In this document: piece after piece, positions 1-9,767 of the stretch
How positions within the stretch are numbered: the first letter of the stretch is position 1
Layout of the letters: each line of letters begins with the position of its first letter
Assembly (NCBI GenBank): GCA_016783745.1
Contig: JADHVZ010000002.1
Span: 12,012-76,011 of the forward strand
Direction: 5' to 3'
From: Candidatus Omnitrophota bacterium
Lineage (GTDB): Bacteria > Omnitrophota > Gorgyraeia > JAHIPI01
DNA length: 64,000 nt
Translations under genes and position numbers: made by a program
The notes under the pieces: model-generated
What the model was told of the DNA's origin: nothing
Databases searched by the model: none
What the model saw: only the letters and a program-made list of their open reading frames with translations

Positions 1-1235
1 TCCTTCGCCCCCATAAGAGACATGTATAATGTCCTGGGAATGGGCGTAGCTGTCATGGTCAAAACATCAAGGATAAAACGCAGTTTTTTTAGTTTTTCCT
101 TGTGGTGGACGCCGAATCTCTGCTCTTCGTCGATCACCACAAGGCCAAGGTCTTTAAAGGCCACATCTGAAGATAACACGCGGTGCGTGCCGATGATTAT
201 ATCGACAATTCCCTCTTTCAGGGCCTTAAGGATGAGGGACTGCTCAGATCTAGACCTGAAGCGGCTCAGCATAGCCACTTCCACCGGATACTTCTTCATC
301 CTTTCCTTAAAATTATTATAGTGCTGCTCCGCCAGGATGGTTGTGGGCACTAATATCACCACTTGCCTGTTGTCCATAACAGCCTTAAACGCAGCGCGGA
401 TGGCCACCTCTGTTTTGCCGTAGCCTACATCGCCGCATATAAGACGGTCCATGGGCCTTGATGACTCCATATCATTTTTTACTTCTATAGTCGACCTGCT
501 CTGATCCGGAGTTTCTTCAAAAGGAAAATCCTCTTCTAATTCCTTTTGCCAGTCCGTATCGGCGGAGTAACTAAAACCTTGACGGGACTCTCTTTTAGCG
601 GCCAATTCAAGCAGATCAAGGGCAAAGCTGTTTATGCCCTTCTGTGCCAGCTTCTTAGCGCTTCCCCATACCTTGCCGCCAAGTTTATGTACCTTCGGCC
701 TCTTTTCAAAGCCGATATATTTCTGAATAAGATTTAAGTCTGAAAACGGAACATGCAGATTATCGCCGCCGGCATACTCGATCACGATGTGGTCTACAAT
801 AGATCCGCCCATCCTATGCCTTTCAAGCCCGCGGTAAACGCCTATACCGTGATCTACATGCACTACCCTGTCTCCGGATTCTATGTCTACGAATGAGTCT
901 ATGGGGGATCGCTCGGTGAATTTGGCAGCTAATGATCTTAACTTCTTTTTGTAGACACCTTTTATAGGCAGGATTATGGCTATGTTATGATCTTCCAGCG
1001 GACGCCCACTTTCGATATCATAACTTTTTATCTTTTCTATAAGGTCATCTTTTAGCTCAATGCGTATCGGATCGCCGAAAGTCACTGGAAACACGGAAAC
1101 CGCCCCTCCCCGCTGGTCAAATTCCCCTGCCCCGGATATTCGCACTACGCGCTCATATCCGTAATTATAGAGGCGCTGAAAAAAATCCTCCAGATCCAGT
1201 TTTTCGCTTTTATAGACCTTTATCGCTTCAAACAT
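1..1235 (-). CDS. mfd: Transcription-repair coupling factor Mfd (superfamily-2 translocase). The 3' end runs off the window and the N-terminus appears short.
   Basis: Minus-strand translation from the ATG at 1235 reads MFEAIKVYK... It contains DHGIGVY (an RNAP-interaction-domain-like motif), helicase motifs GDVGYGKTEVAIRAAF and LGLVVIDEEQRFGV, and TATPIPRTL. The frame stays open to position 1. Confidence 0.8.
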   Translation of the reverse strand, partial: MFEAIKVYKSEKLDLEDFFQRLYNYGYERVVRISGAGEFDQRGGAVSVFPVTFGDPIRIELKDDLIEKIKSYDIESGRPLEDHNIAIILPIKGVYKKKLRSLAAKFTERSPIDSFVDIESGDRVVHVDHGIGVYRGLERHRMGGSIVDHIVIEYAGGDNLHVPFSDLNLIQKYIGFEKRPKVHKLGGKVWGSAKKLAQKGINSFALDLLELAAKRESRQGFSYSADTDWQKELEEDFPFEETPDQSRSTIEVKNDMESSRPMDRLICGDVGYGKTEVAIRAAFKAVMDNRQVVILVPTTILAEQHYNNFKERMKKYPVEVAMLSRFRSRSEQSLILKALKEGIVDIIIGTHRVLSSDVAFKDLGLVVIDEEQRFGVHHKEKLKKLRFILDVLTMTATPIPRTLYMSLMGAK

Positions 1236-1281
1236 AGGATTTTATCCTATCACCTACAACCTATAACCTACCACCTATTAT

Positions 1282-2976
1282 TTACATTGTCTCCGGGCTG
1301 GAGACACCAAGAAGCGTCAGTCCGTTCGATATGACAATGCGGATTGCAAGACATAGGAAAAGCCGTGCTTCTGTCTGGCGAATATCATCGGATATTATGC
1401 GATGTTTATCATAATAGCTGTGAAAGGCCGCGGCTACTTCCTCAAGGTATGATATGAGAGGGAACACCTCAAGTCTTTTCGAGCACATTTCGATGACGTA
1501 AGGAAAACTTCCGAGCAGCTTCATTATTTCTATATCTTTCTCCCCGCAAAGATATCTTTTATTCAGAGCTGCTTTTGCGCCGCTGCCTTTTTCTGTACGA
1601 AATTTTAATATGCTGGATATTCTGGCGTGCGCGTACTGTATATAGTAAACAGGGTTATCCATGGAATGTTTTTTCGCCAGTTCCATGTCGAAATCCAGAT
1701 GGGAGTCCCTTCCCCTCCTTAAAAAAAAGAATCTGGTTACATCCTTGCCGACTTCTCCGATCAACTCATGAAGGGTTATAAACTCTCCTTCACGGGTGGA
1801 CATCTGAACGGCTTTACCTTCTTTGTGCAGCGTGCACAGTTGGACCAGCAGTACCTGAAGAGAGTCCCTATTTTTCTCAAATGTCTTTACGGCAGCCTGC
1901 AGCCTTGAGATATATCCGTGGTGATCCGGGCCCCAGATATCGATGAGGGTGTTAAAACCCCTCTTGACTTTACTTATATGGTAAGCTATGTCCGGGGCAA
2001 GGTAAGTGTATTCGCCCGTACTTTTCACTACCACCCTGTCCTTATCATCTTTGAATGCGGTAGACTTAAACCAGACAGCGCCGCCTTTTTTATAAAGCAG
2101 CTTTTTTCTCGATAAAAAATTAAGGGCGCTTTTGATCCTGCCGGATCTGGCCAATTTTTTCTGGCTAAACCAGACATCAAACCTTACGTTAAAGCTCTCA
2201 AGGTCTTTTTTTATGTTATCGGTTATCCAGCGGCAGCCGAAATCACAGAAAAAAGGCAGCGACTCCCGCTTTAGAAAACGCGCGCCGTATTTCGCCTTGA
2301 TGGCCGTAGCAATGTCAATGATATATTGGCCCTTGTATCCCCCTTCGGGCAAGGCGGGCTGCTCGCCGAACAGCTCCAGATATCGCGCCCTTACAGATTC
2401 CCCGAGAAGAGTTATCTGGTTGCCCTCGTCATTCAGATAATATTCTCTGGTTACTTTGTGGCCGGCGAATTCAAGGATGTTAGCTAATGTATCGCCAAAG
2501 GCGCCTTGCCGGCCATGCGCAATGGTAAGAGGTCCCGTTGGATTGGCGCTTACAAACTCTATATTTACCTTGGACTGCTTTTCGCGGTCTATGCGGCCGA
2601 ATTTGTTTTTCTTCTCCGCTATAAGCCCCAGCGTATCAAAGAGCCTTTTATTTGAATACCAGAAATTGATGAATCCCGGCCCCTTGGCTTCGACCTTGAC
2701 TATCTCGTTCTTAAACGTGCAACCGCCGATTTTTCGGCCTATCCGTTCGCATAACATCTGAGCGAGATCCATAGGATTAACTTTTGCCTGCTTTGAAATA
2801 CGTAGAGCTATGTTTGTGGATATATCCCCGTGGCTTCTGTCTTTCGGCGGTTCCAGCTCTATCCCAGGCATATGGCTATCCTTGGGCGGATCCGCGGCCT
2901 CCATCTCGTGAAAAAACTCCCGGAGACACTTTTCTATGATATTTTTAAGGCCTTCTTCGAATTTCCTTGTAAGCAT
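1282..2976 (-). CDS. argS: Arginyl-tRNA synthetase
   Basis: 564-aa ORF. It has a class I aaRS signature SANPTGPLTIAHGR (a HIGH-motif variant), a DALR anticodon-binding C-terminus, and the typical ArgRS C-terminal Met. Confidence 0.95.
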   Translation of the reverse strand: MLTRKFEEGLKNIIEKCLREFFHEMEAADPPKDSHMPGIELEPPKDRSHGDISTNIALRISKQAKVNPMDLAQMLCERIGRKIGGCTFKNEIVKVEAKGPGFINFWYSNKRLFDTLGLIAEKKNKFGRIDREKQSKVNIEFVSANPTGPLTIAHGRQGAFGDTLANILEFAGHKVTREYYLNDEGNQITLLGESVRARYLELFGEQPALPEGGYKGQYIIDIATAIKAKYGARFLKRESLPFFCDFGCRWITDNIKKDLESFNVRFDVWFSQKKLARSGRIKSALNFLSRKKLLYKKGGAVWFKSTAFKDDKDRVVVKSTGEYTYLAPDIAYHISKVKRGFNTLIDIWGPDHHGYISRLQAAVKTFEKNRDSLQVLLVQLCTLHKEGKAVQMSTREGEFITLHELIGEVGKDVTRFFFLRRGRDSHLDFDMELAKKHSMDNPVYYIQYAHARISSILKFRTEKGSGAKAALNKRYLCGEKDIEIMKLLGSFPYVIEMCSKRLEVFPLISYLEEVAAAFHSYYDKHRIISDDIRQTEARLFLCLAIRIVISNGLTLLGVSSPETM

Positions 2977-3338
2977 TATTGATTTTTTTCGTTCAACTTT
3001 TTTTGAGGGGCGTCATACCAGAGCTTTTCCAGATTATAAAAGGCCCTCGTATCCTTGTAAAAGACATGGACGACGATGTCGCCGCAGTCAAGCAGGATCC
3101 AGAGGGCCTCTCCCTTGCCTTCTTTATGCAAGACTCTGCAATTGTGGCTTAAAAGCTCACTTTCAATATTATCCGCGATAGCTTCGATCTGAACGGTGGA
3201 TTCACCGCTTGCTATGATAAAATGATCCGAGATAGATCCGAGTTTCCTTAGATCTATCGCAATAAGGCCTTGAGCTTTCTTTGCCGAAGCCGCGTTTGCG
3301 ATGACCTCTATCTTTTCCTCTGCCGAGATCTCTTTCAA
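2976..3338 (-). CDS. rsfS: Ribosomal silencing factor RsfS (Iojap family)
   Basis: 120-aa ORF. Its length and motifs fit the RsfS/Iojap family (…GDIVVHVF…). It sits between nadD and argS, as in many bacteria. Confidence 0.85.
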   Translation of the reverse strand: MKEISAEEKIEVIANAASAKKAQGLIAIDLRKLGSISDHFIIASGESTVQIEAIADNIESELLSHNCRVLHKEGKGEALWILLDCGDIVVHVFYKDTRAFYNLEKLWYDAPQKKLNEKNQ

Positions 3339-3349
3339 TGAAATTTTTC

Positions 3350-3499
3350 TTAGGAGGATTTCAGTATCTTGTACATGCCGGTTCCGCAGTCAGGGCAGCA
3401 GCCCTTCATCGCGGGCCTGCCGTTTTTCATGGTGACTTTCTTGCCGTCCTTGATCTCTTTCTTGTCCTTACACTTTACGCAGTACCCTTTTTCACCCAT
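3350..3499 (-). CDS. Small zinc-ribbon protein of 49 aa, DUF5679-like (family name from memory).
   Basis: Not in the ORF track because it is under 60 aa. The minus-strand translation is MGEKGYCVKCKDKKEIKDGKKVTMKNGRPAMKGCCPDCGTGMYKILKSS. It has CxxC…CPxCG spacing typical of a small Zn-ribbon. An RBS-like GGAG lies upstream, and the ORF fills a gap that is otherwise empty. Confidence 0.55.
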   Translation of the reverse strand: MGEKGYCVKCKDKKEIKDGKKVTMKNGRPAMKGCCPDCGTGMYKILKSS

Positions 3500-3579
3500 T
3501 TTCCGCTCCTTTTGTTTTTTTTGTTAACTCCCAATGATATAAATTATCATAAATATGCCCTGCCGTCAAGATTAAGTAT

Positions 3580-4146
3580 CTATTTATAGAGCCTGTGTTT
3601 TTGTATGAATCGCCTGACAGGTTCCGGCACTAAATATCTTATTTCTCCCGATTTCCTGATGATCCGCCTGATCGAGGATGAAGATATATCTACGGATGCC
3701 ATTTTTATACGCCTTACCCCTCTCGTTCTTCCCGATCGCGATCCGGACCGGTTTGCTACAACGAAATCCGCCAGATCAAGGGCCTTTTTTATATCTTTCC
3801 ATGTGCCCAGCTTATTGTCCGCCCCTAACAGAAAAAAGAGCCTGGTGTTTTTCCCGTATTTTTTCTTCAGCGTCTTTAACGTTTCTATCGAGTAAGAGAC
3901 GGATCGTTTTTTCATCTCTATGGGGGAAGCCTCAAACACCGGGTTCCCCTGGCAGGCAAGTACAGTCATCCTGTACCTCATATCCGCGCTGCAGTCCGGG
4001 ATTTTCTTATGGGGAGGTATGTAGGCCGGTATGAATATCACCTTGTCGAGGCCGAGCCTTAAAGCGGCCTCCTGCGCTAATACAAGATGCCCGATGTGGG
4101 GCGGATTAAAAGTGCCGCCAAGTATACCGATCCTCTTGCCCTTCAA
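3580..4146 (-). CDS. nadD: Nicotinate-nucleotide adenylyltransferase
   Basis: 188-aa ORF. The N-terminal GILGGTFNPPHIGH nucleotidyltransferase motif (HxGH) is present. Confidence 0.9.
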   Translation of the reverse strand: MKGKRIGILGGTFNPPHIGHLVLAQEAALRLGLDKVIFIPAYIPPHKKIPDCSADMRYRMTVLACQGNPVFEASPIEMKKRSVSYSIETLKTLKKKYGKNTRLFFLLGADNKLGTWKDIKKALDLADFVVANRSGSRSGRTRGVRRIKMASVDISSSSIRRIIRKSGEIRYLVPEPVRRFIQKHRLYK

Positions 4147-4150
4147 TTTT

Positions 4151-5407
4151 CTATCTCCTGACCTGACCTTTTCCCAGGACTACATATTTATAAGTAGTGA
4201 GTTCCCGTATTCCCATCGGGCCGCGGGCATGAAGCTTATCCGTGCTTATGCCGATCTCAGCGCCGAGTCCGAATTCAAATCCGTCTGTAAATCTTGTGGA
4301 TGCGTTCAAATATACGCACGCCGCGTCCACCCTTTTTAAGAATTTTGCGGCGGTGCCATCATCACTTGTGACAATAGCATCGGAATGCCTGGAGCCGTAT
4401 TTATTTATATGGGATATGGCTTCCTCTACGCTTGTGACGATCTTTACGGAGAGGATCAGGTCCAGATACTCCTCTGTCCAGTCACTTTCACCAGCCCTCC
4501 TGGCCCACTTTAATATCGCTCTAGTTTTCTCGCAGCCCCTTATCTCCACCCCTTTATCTTTCAGCGCGGCCGCGGCTATCGGCAGGAACCTCGGAGCAAT
4601 ATCCTCATGGACGAGCAGCGTCTCCATAGCATTGCAAACGCCCGGTCTTTGCACTTTCGCGTTCAGCGCTATCTTGTGCGCCATATTCAGGTCAGCTTCT
4701 TTATCCACATAAACATGGCATACACCCTTATAGTGTTTTATGACAGGTATAAGAGAGTTTGAAGCGACTTCCCGTATAAGCCCCTCGCCTCCCCGGGGTA
4801 TTATAAGGTCTATGTGTTCAGTAAGCTTTAAAAGCCTTCTTACCGCATTTCTCGAAGCAGTCGTTACAAGCATAACGGAATCTTCGGGTACCCTTGTTCC
4901 TGAAATACCTCTTTTTATGCATTTTAATATAGCCTTGTTTGAATTAAGCGCTTCACTGCCGCCTTTCAGGATAACGGCATTGCCTGATTTTACGCATAAT
5001 CCCGCGCAGTCACTCGTTACATTAGGCCTCGACTCATAAATGATGCCTATGACTCCTATCGGGACTATCATCTTTCCTATCAGAAGGCCGTTTGGCCTTC
5101 TTTTGGCTTCCTCCATTCTGCCTACGTGATCTTTGAGATTTGCGACCGCGTTTAATGAGGCAGCCATGCTGTCTATTCTCTTTGAATTGAGCCGGAGCCT
5201 GTCAATAAGCGAGGATTTGAGTTTTTTAAGCTTTGCCTTTCTTATATCCTCGCGGTTGGCTCTTAATATGCTTCCCTTGCCGCGCTCAATAGCCGCAGAC
5301 ATCTTTCTTATGGCCGCGTTTTTTTCCTTCGAAGACAGTTGGGCCAGTATATAACTCGCCCGTTTCGCGGCCTTTGCGATACTTAGGACATCGGATTTTG
5401 TGCTCAT
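4151..5407 (-). CDS. proA: Gamma-glutamyl phosphate reductase (glutamate-5-semialdehyde dehydrogenase)
   Basis: 418-aa aldehyde-dehydrogenase-fold protein. It overlaps proB by 4 nt, the classic proBA arrangement. Confidence 0.95.
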   Translation of the reverse strand: MSTKSDVLSIAKAAKRASYILAQLSSKEKNAAIRKMSAAIERGKGSILRANREDIRKAKLKKLKSSLIDRLRLNSKRIDSMAASLNAVANLKDHVGRMEEAKRRPNGLLIGKMIVPIGVIGIIYESRPNVTSDCAGLCVKSGNAVILKGGSEALNSNKAILKCIKRGISGTRVPEDSVMLVTTASRNAVRRLLKLTEHIDLIIPRGGEGLIREVASNSLIPVIKHYKGVCHVYVDKEADLNMAHKIALNAKVQRPGVCNAMETLLVHEDIAPRFLPIAAAALKDKGVEIRGCEKTRAILKWARRAGESDWTEEYLDLILSVKIVTSVEEAISHINKYGSRHSDAIVTSDDGTAAKFLKRVDAACVYLNASTRFTDGFEFGLGAEIGISTDKLHARGPMGIRELTTYKYVVLGKGQVRR

Positions 5408-6519
5408 AAAATCACCAAATTATCCCTATGGATGACTTCGTCATAATACTTATAACCAAGGGCTTTTTCTATCTCTTTAGTTTTCAGCCCTTTGATCTTG
5501 TTTAATTCTGAAGACGAATAATTGGCTATACCTCTGGCAAACTCCTTGCCGTCCTCTCCGATAATGATCACAGCGTCCCCGACGCCGAATCTTCCGCTGC
5601 ACTCGATCACGCCCGAAGCAAGCAGGCTTCTGTTCTTGTTTATCAGTACGTCTTTAGCCCCCGAGTCCACCTTTACCTTGCCGGCTGTTTTTGAAGAATA
5701 CGCTATCCAGCGCTTCCTGGCGCTTATTTTCGGCTGCCTGGCGAGGAAAAGCGTACCTATACACTTGCCCTCAATGACATCTGCGATCACGCCTTTTCGT
5801 TTACCGTTTACGATCACGCACTCTATTCCGGCATTAGTGACCAGCTTGGCCGCCTCGAGCTTGGTGCCCATGCCTCCGACACCGAATCTGCTGCGGCCAT
5901 CATCGGCCATCATCTCTATATCTTCTGTCACATTATGTATCTTACGGATCACTTCTTTTCTTGTTTTATCTTTTCTATCAAATCTATACAAACCATCGAC
6001 ATTTGACATGATTATCAGCTTGTCCGCCTCTATTAAACTGGCTACAAGGCTTGAGAGCCTGTCGTTATCCCCAAACTTTATTTCCTCGGTCGAAACCGTA
6101 TCATTTTCGTTGACTATCGGGACAATGCCCCGTTTCAGCAAAGCTAAAAGAGTATTGCGCGCATTAAGGTATCTGGCCCTGTTGTTTATGTCATCCTGAG
6201 TAAGAAGTACCTGCGCTGTCAGGTGATTCAATTTCTTGAATTGCTCGTCATATGATCTCATAAGTTCCGCCTGGCCCGTGGCCGCGCAGGCCTGTACTTC
6301 AGGCAGGTATTCCGGCCGCTTATCCAGTCCTATGATGCGCATACCCACTAATATTGCCCCGGAAGTGACTATTATGACACCAAAGCCCATCTTTTTTACA
6401 CGATCTACCCCATCAGCTATATTCTTTAATACATCAGTATCAAGAGTGCTCTGCTCACTTGCGAGAACAGACGTGCCTACTTTGATGACTATCGTCTTAT
6501 TGCTATTCTTTTGAGCCAT
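5404..6519 (-). CDS. proB: Glutamate 5-kinase with a C-terminal PUA domain
   Basis: 371-aa protein with an amino-acid kinase fold (VIKVGTSVL…) plus a C-terminal PUA-like region. It lies immediately upstream of proA. Confidence 0.95.
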   Translation of the reverse strand: MAQKNSNKTIVIKVGTSVLASEQSTLDTDVLKNIADGVDRVKKMGFGVIIVTSGAILVGMRIIGLDKRPEYLPEVQACAATGQAELMRSYDEQFKKLNHLTAQVLLTQDDINNRARYLNARNTLLALLKRGIVPIVNENDTVSTEEIKFGDNDRLSSLVASLIEADKLIIMSNVDGLYRFDRKDKTRKEVIRKIHNVTEDIEMMADDGRSRFGVGGMGTKLEAAKLVTNAGIECVIVNGKRKGVIADVIEGKCIGTLFLARQPKISARKRWIAYSSKTAGKVKVDSGAKDVLINKNRSLLASGVIECSGRFGVGDAVIIIGEDGKEFARGIANYSSSELNKIKGLKTKEIEKALGYKYYDEVIHRDNLVIL

Positions 6520-6521
6520 GG

Positions 6522-7487
6522 TTAAATTACCTTTTTTAGTTCGGCCGCAAGGCCTTTAAGAAAATCACTGATGCCCTCACCCGTCATCGCCGATATCCGG
6601 TAAACCTTGCCTACCCCCTTCGGATCAAAGAACTTTATTGTTTCTTTTGACTGCGGCATATCCATTTTATTCGCTACAATGACCTGCTTTTTCAGCGTAA
6701 GTTCCTTACTGTAGAGCCCAAGTTCCATATTGAGTTTTGAAAAACTGACTTCGGGATCCCGCCCCTCGATACCCGACATATCGATAAGATGTACAAGGAT
6801 CCTTGTCCTCTCTATGTGACGCAAAAATCTGTCACCCAGTCCCCGGCCCGAGTGCGCGCCCTCTATAAGGCCGGGAATATCCGCTATAACAAAACTAAAA
6901 TCACCGAGTTGAGCCACACCCAGGTTCGGATTTTTTGTAGTGAATGGAAAACCGGCTATTCGCGGCCTTGCTGAGGTTATCTTTGACAACAGTGTGGATT
7001 TTCCGGCATTGGGATAACCGATGATCCCGACATCGGCTACCAGCTTGAGCTCAAGTGAAAGCTCTCTGGATTCACCTGCTTCGCCGGGCGTAGCCTCCCT
7101 TTTTCTGCTGTTTCCTCTTCCGCCGGCTCCGCCCCTGGCTATTATGACTTGCTCACCGGTTTTGCTCAGGTCCCGAAGGATCGCACCTGTGTCCGAATCG
7201 CGGATAATGGTACCCGGAGGGACTCTTAAGAGACATTCCTTGCCGTCTTCGCCTTTTTTATTGTTTGAGCCGCCGTGTTTGCCGGAAGTGGCTTTAAAGT
7301 GTTTGTTGAACCTGAATTCTATTAGGGTCTGACGATTATTGTCAGCCAGGATCACTATATTACCGCCCTGGCCTCCGATTCCCCCGTTGGGGCGGCCGTA
7401 TTTTTTGCCGCGCGTAGTCTCAAAGCTGGCGCAGCCTCCCCCGCCGTTACCTGCCTTGACAGATATTTTGGCTTCATCAACAAACAT
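6522..7487 (-). CDS. obg: GTPase Obg/CgtA
   Basis: 321-aa protein. The N-terminal glycine-rich Obg fold starts MFVDEAKISVKAGNGGGG, and the G-domain motifs GYPNAGKST and DIPG are present. It lies downstream of rplU-rpmA. Confidence 0.95.
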   Translation of the reverse strand: MFVDEAKISVKAGNGGGGCASFETTRGKKYGRPNGGIGGQGGNIVILADNNRQTLIEFRFNKHFKATSGKHGGSNNKKGEDGKECLLRVPPGTIIRDSDTGAILRDLSKTGEQVIIARGGAGGRGNSRKREATPGEAGESRELSLELKLVADVGIIGYPNAGKSTLLSKITSARPRIAGFPFTTKNPNLGVAQLGDFSFVIADIPGLIEGAHSGRGLGDRFLRHIERTRILVHLIDMSGIEGRDPEVSFSKLNMELGLYSKELTLKKQVIVANKMDMPQSKETIKFFDPKGVGKVYRISAMTGEGISDFLKGLAAELKKVI

Positions 7488-7493
7488 TTATTT

Positions 7494-7736
7494 TTAGGCT
7501 GGGATTATATTGATGGATCGGTTTTTTTTAAATTGCACAACGCCTTCTATCCTGGCAAAAAGAGTGTCATCCGAACCCCGCCCTACATTAAGCCCGGGCT
7601 TAAATGACGTTCCTCTCTGCCTTACAATAATACTTCCGGCCTTTACTGTCTGGCCGCTATAACGCTTTACACCCAGGCGTTGAGCGTTGCTGTCTCTTCC
7701 ATTACGGGAACTGCCTAGTCCTTTTTTATGTGCCAT
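7494..7736 (-). CDS. rpmA: 50S ribosomal protein L27
   Basis: 80 aa. The N-terminus [24 protein letters not shown] matches L27. Confidence 0.95.
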   Translation of the reverse strand: MAHKKGLGSSRNGRDSNAQRLGVKRYSGQTVKAGSIIVRQRGTSFKPGLNVGRGSDDTLFARIEGVVQFKKNRSINIIPA

Positions 7737-8050
7737 TACGTTATCTCCTTCACCTTCAGAGTGATAAAATTCTGCCTATGCCCTTTCTTAAACTTCGAGC
7801 TTTTACGCCTTTTGTATTTATAAGCTGTTACCTTCTTTGTCTTCCCTGCTCCCAGCACATCGCATGATATATTAGCTCCCTTGATATGCGGATCACCTAT
7901 TTCTACTTTCTTGCCTAAGTGCCGCATGATCACTTTGCCGAGCTTTAAAGTCTTTTTACTATCGCTTAAAACAATATCAGCATTGATGACATCGCCTTTT
8001 TTGACCTTTACCTGACTTCCGCCTAATTCAATGACCGCGTATTCCATCAT
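7736..8050 (-). CDS. rplU: 50S ribosomal protein L21
   Basis: 104 aa. The N-terminus reads [21 protein letters not shown]. The stop overlaps the rpmA start. Confidence 0.95.
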   Translation of the reverse strand: MMEYAVIELGGSQVKVKKGDVINADIVLSDSKKTLKLGKVIMRHLGKKVEIGDPHIKGANISCDVLGAGKTKKVTAYKYKRRKSSKFKKGHRQNFITLKVKEIT

Positions 8051-8132
8051 GTCTCCTTATATTATGCTGAGTATATATAAATCACATTTAAGCGGAACAT
8101 CATATCATAATCGCATTATAAAGTCAAGGTCC

Positions 8133-9635
8133 TTATTTAACATTTATACTGCAGTCTTCTATGTGTAGATGTGCATCTTCAGCGAATGCGATCCTGCATC
8201 TAGAGCTTCTTGCCAATGCCTTTAAAGTCGAGGTATAACTTTTCAAAAGATATTCCTTAAGTGCAGGGCTCACAACAAGTTCCACTCTTTTATGCCTTAC
8301 AGTCTTTAGCTTTTTCTCAAGCTGCCTTATCAGCTCTATGGACATTGTCAGCGCGGATTTTACCGTACCCCTTCCACTGCAATAGGGGCAGCTTTGATAT
8401 GAGACACCTTCAAGGCTTCTGCGCATCCTCTGCCTTGTCAGCTCTACAAGCCCGATAGAGGAAAAGCCCAGGACCTTACTTCGGGCCTTATCCTGCTTCA
8501 TGGCCGTTATTAATGTGTGAAATACCGCATCCCTGTGACCGCGCTCCTCCATATCAACAAAATCTATTACGATTATCCCGCCTATATCCCTTAGCTTAAG
8601 CTGCCTTGCTATCTCCAGCGCAGCCTCCTTGTTGACCGTAAAGGCTGTATCCTCCAGGTTTTTCCCGCCAAATCCGCCTGTGTTGACATCTATGGCCACA
8701 AGGCTCTCCGTCTGTTCTATCACTATATGGCCCTTGGAGCGCAGCTTGACCCTTCTCTTGTATATCTTTTCGATCTCCTCGGCGATATTGTATTTTTCAA
8801 ATATGGGTATATGTCCTTTATAGAATTTTAATTTTGCTCTCATTTTAGGCGATATGGCTCTTAATAGCGATAATGTCTTTTTGAATTCCAGCCTTGAATC
8901 GACTACCATCGAATTTGTGCTCTCTGAGAAATTATCTCTGGCCATACGCTGGATAAGCCCGTATTCTTCATGGATCAGCGAAGGCGCTGACTTTTTTGAA
9001 GCTATTTTTTCGATATGCCTGTAAAGTGAGTACTGGTGAGAAAATTCTCTCTTCAGTTCGTCTCTGGAGTGGTTAGCAGCCGCTGTTCTGGCGATCACCC
9101 CCACATCCTTAGGCACATTCAGCTGCTCGATCACTGTCTTTAATCTTTTCCGCTCTTTCTGATCCGCTATTTTTCTGGATATACCCGTATGAGTATCATG
9201 GGCCATGAACACAAGATATCTTCCGGGAAGCGTTATATGAGCCGAAAGCCTGGCCCCCTTTGTGCCTATCGGTTCCTTGACGATCTGCACCAGTATCTCC
9301 TGCCCCTTTTTCAGCACATCGGTTATTTTCTTTTCGCCGTGCGGCAGGTCTTTCTTTTTAAAGCTGCCCCCCATTTCCTCTTTCACGATATCGCTGTAAG
9401 ATGAACCCTCTTCCAGGACGTCATCTATGTACAGAAAACCGTTTTTCTCAAGCCCGATATTCACAAAGGCCGCGCCTATACCTGACATCACAGACTCCAC
9501 CCTGCCTTTATATACGCTGCCCACGAGCCTTCTTGCGATAGTCCTCTCAACATAAAATTCGTCAAGCTTGTTGTTATCTAATATAGCTACCTTACTTTCC
9601 TCGGCCGTGGCATTTACTATGATATCTTTTCCCAT
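8133..9635 (-). CDS. rng: Ribonuclease G/E family endoribonuclease
   Basis: 500 aa. An N-terminal S1 domain is followed by the RNase E/G catalytic core (DNase-I-like and Zn-link CPxCxGxG motifs: CPYCSGRG). Confidence 0.9.
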   Translation of the reverse strand: MGKDIIVNATAEESKVAILDNNKLDEFYVERTIARRLVGSVYKGRVESVMSGIGAAFVNIGLEKNGFLYIDDVLEEGSSYSDIVKEEMGGSFKKKDLPHGEKKITDVLKKGQEILVQIVKEPIGTKGARLSAHITLPGRYLVFMAHDTHTGISRKIADQKERKRLKTVIEQLNVPKDVGVIARTAAANHSRDELKREFSHQYSLYRHIEKIASKKSAPSLIHEEYGLIQRMARDNFSESTNSMVVDSRLEFKKTLSLLRAISPKMRAKLKFYKGHIPIFEKYNIAEEIEKIYKRRVKLRSKGHIVIEQTESLVAIDVNTGGFGGKNLEDTAFTVNKEAALEIARQLKLRDIGGIIVIDFVDMEERGHRDAVFHTLITAMKQDKARSKVLGFSSIGLVELTRQRMRRSLEGVSYQSCPYCSGRGTVKSALTMSIELIRQLEKKLKTVRHKRVELVVSPALKEYLLKSYTSTLKALARSSRCRIAFAEDAHLHIEDCSINVK

Positions 9636-9767
9636 AAGTTCATCCCTCTATATAAGAAAAAGCGCTCTTCTTTGCTTTTGATTCCCCGCCGATGAAGTGA
9701 TGCAAAATAAGAGCACCTTGACCTATAATTTTAATTAAAGTGTTTATAGTTAAAAGGGAAGCCCCTT

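Noticed and set aside
5522-6199. 225-aa plus-strand ORF, plus many other plus-strand ORFs in the track (for example 4242-4712, 9976-10368, 11637-12194, 15645-16130, 16143-16676, 28635-29225, 35577-35975, 46946-47617, 57671-58732)
   Set aside because: All lie antisense to well-supported minus-strand genes. They have low-complexity, Ser/Leu/Pro-rich translations with no recognisable motifs, as expected from antisense frames of GC-moderate coding DNA.
9745-9766. aaaaggg…ccctttt hairpin after pilQ as a terminator
   Set aside because: The stem is only 6-7 bp and no convincing U-run follows on the minus strand. The rng promoter region probably lies here instead.
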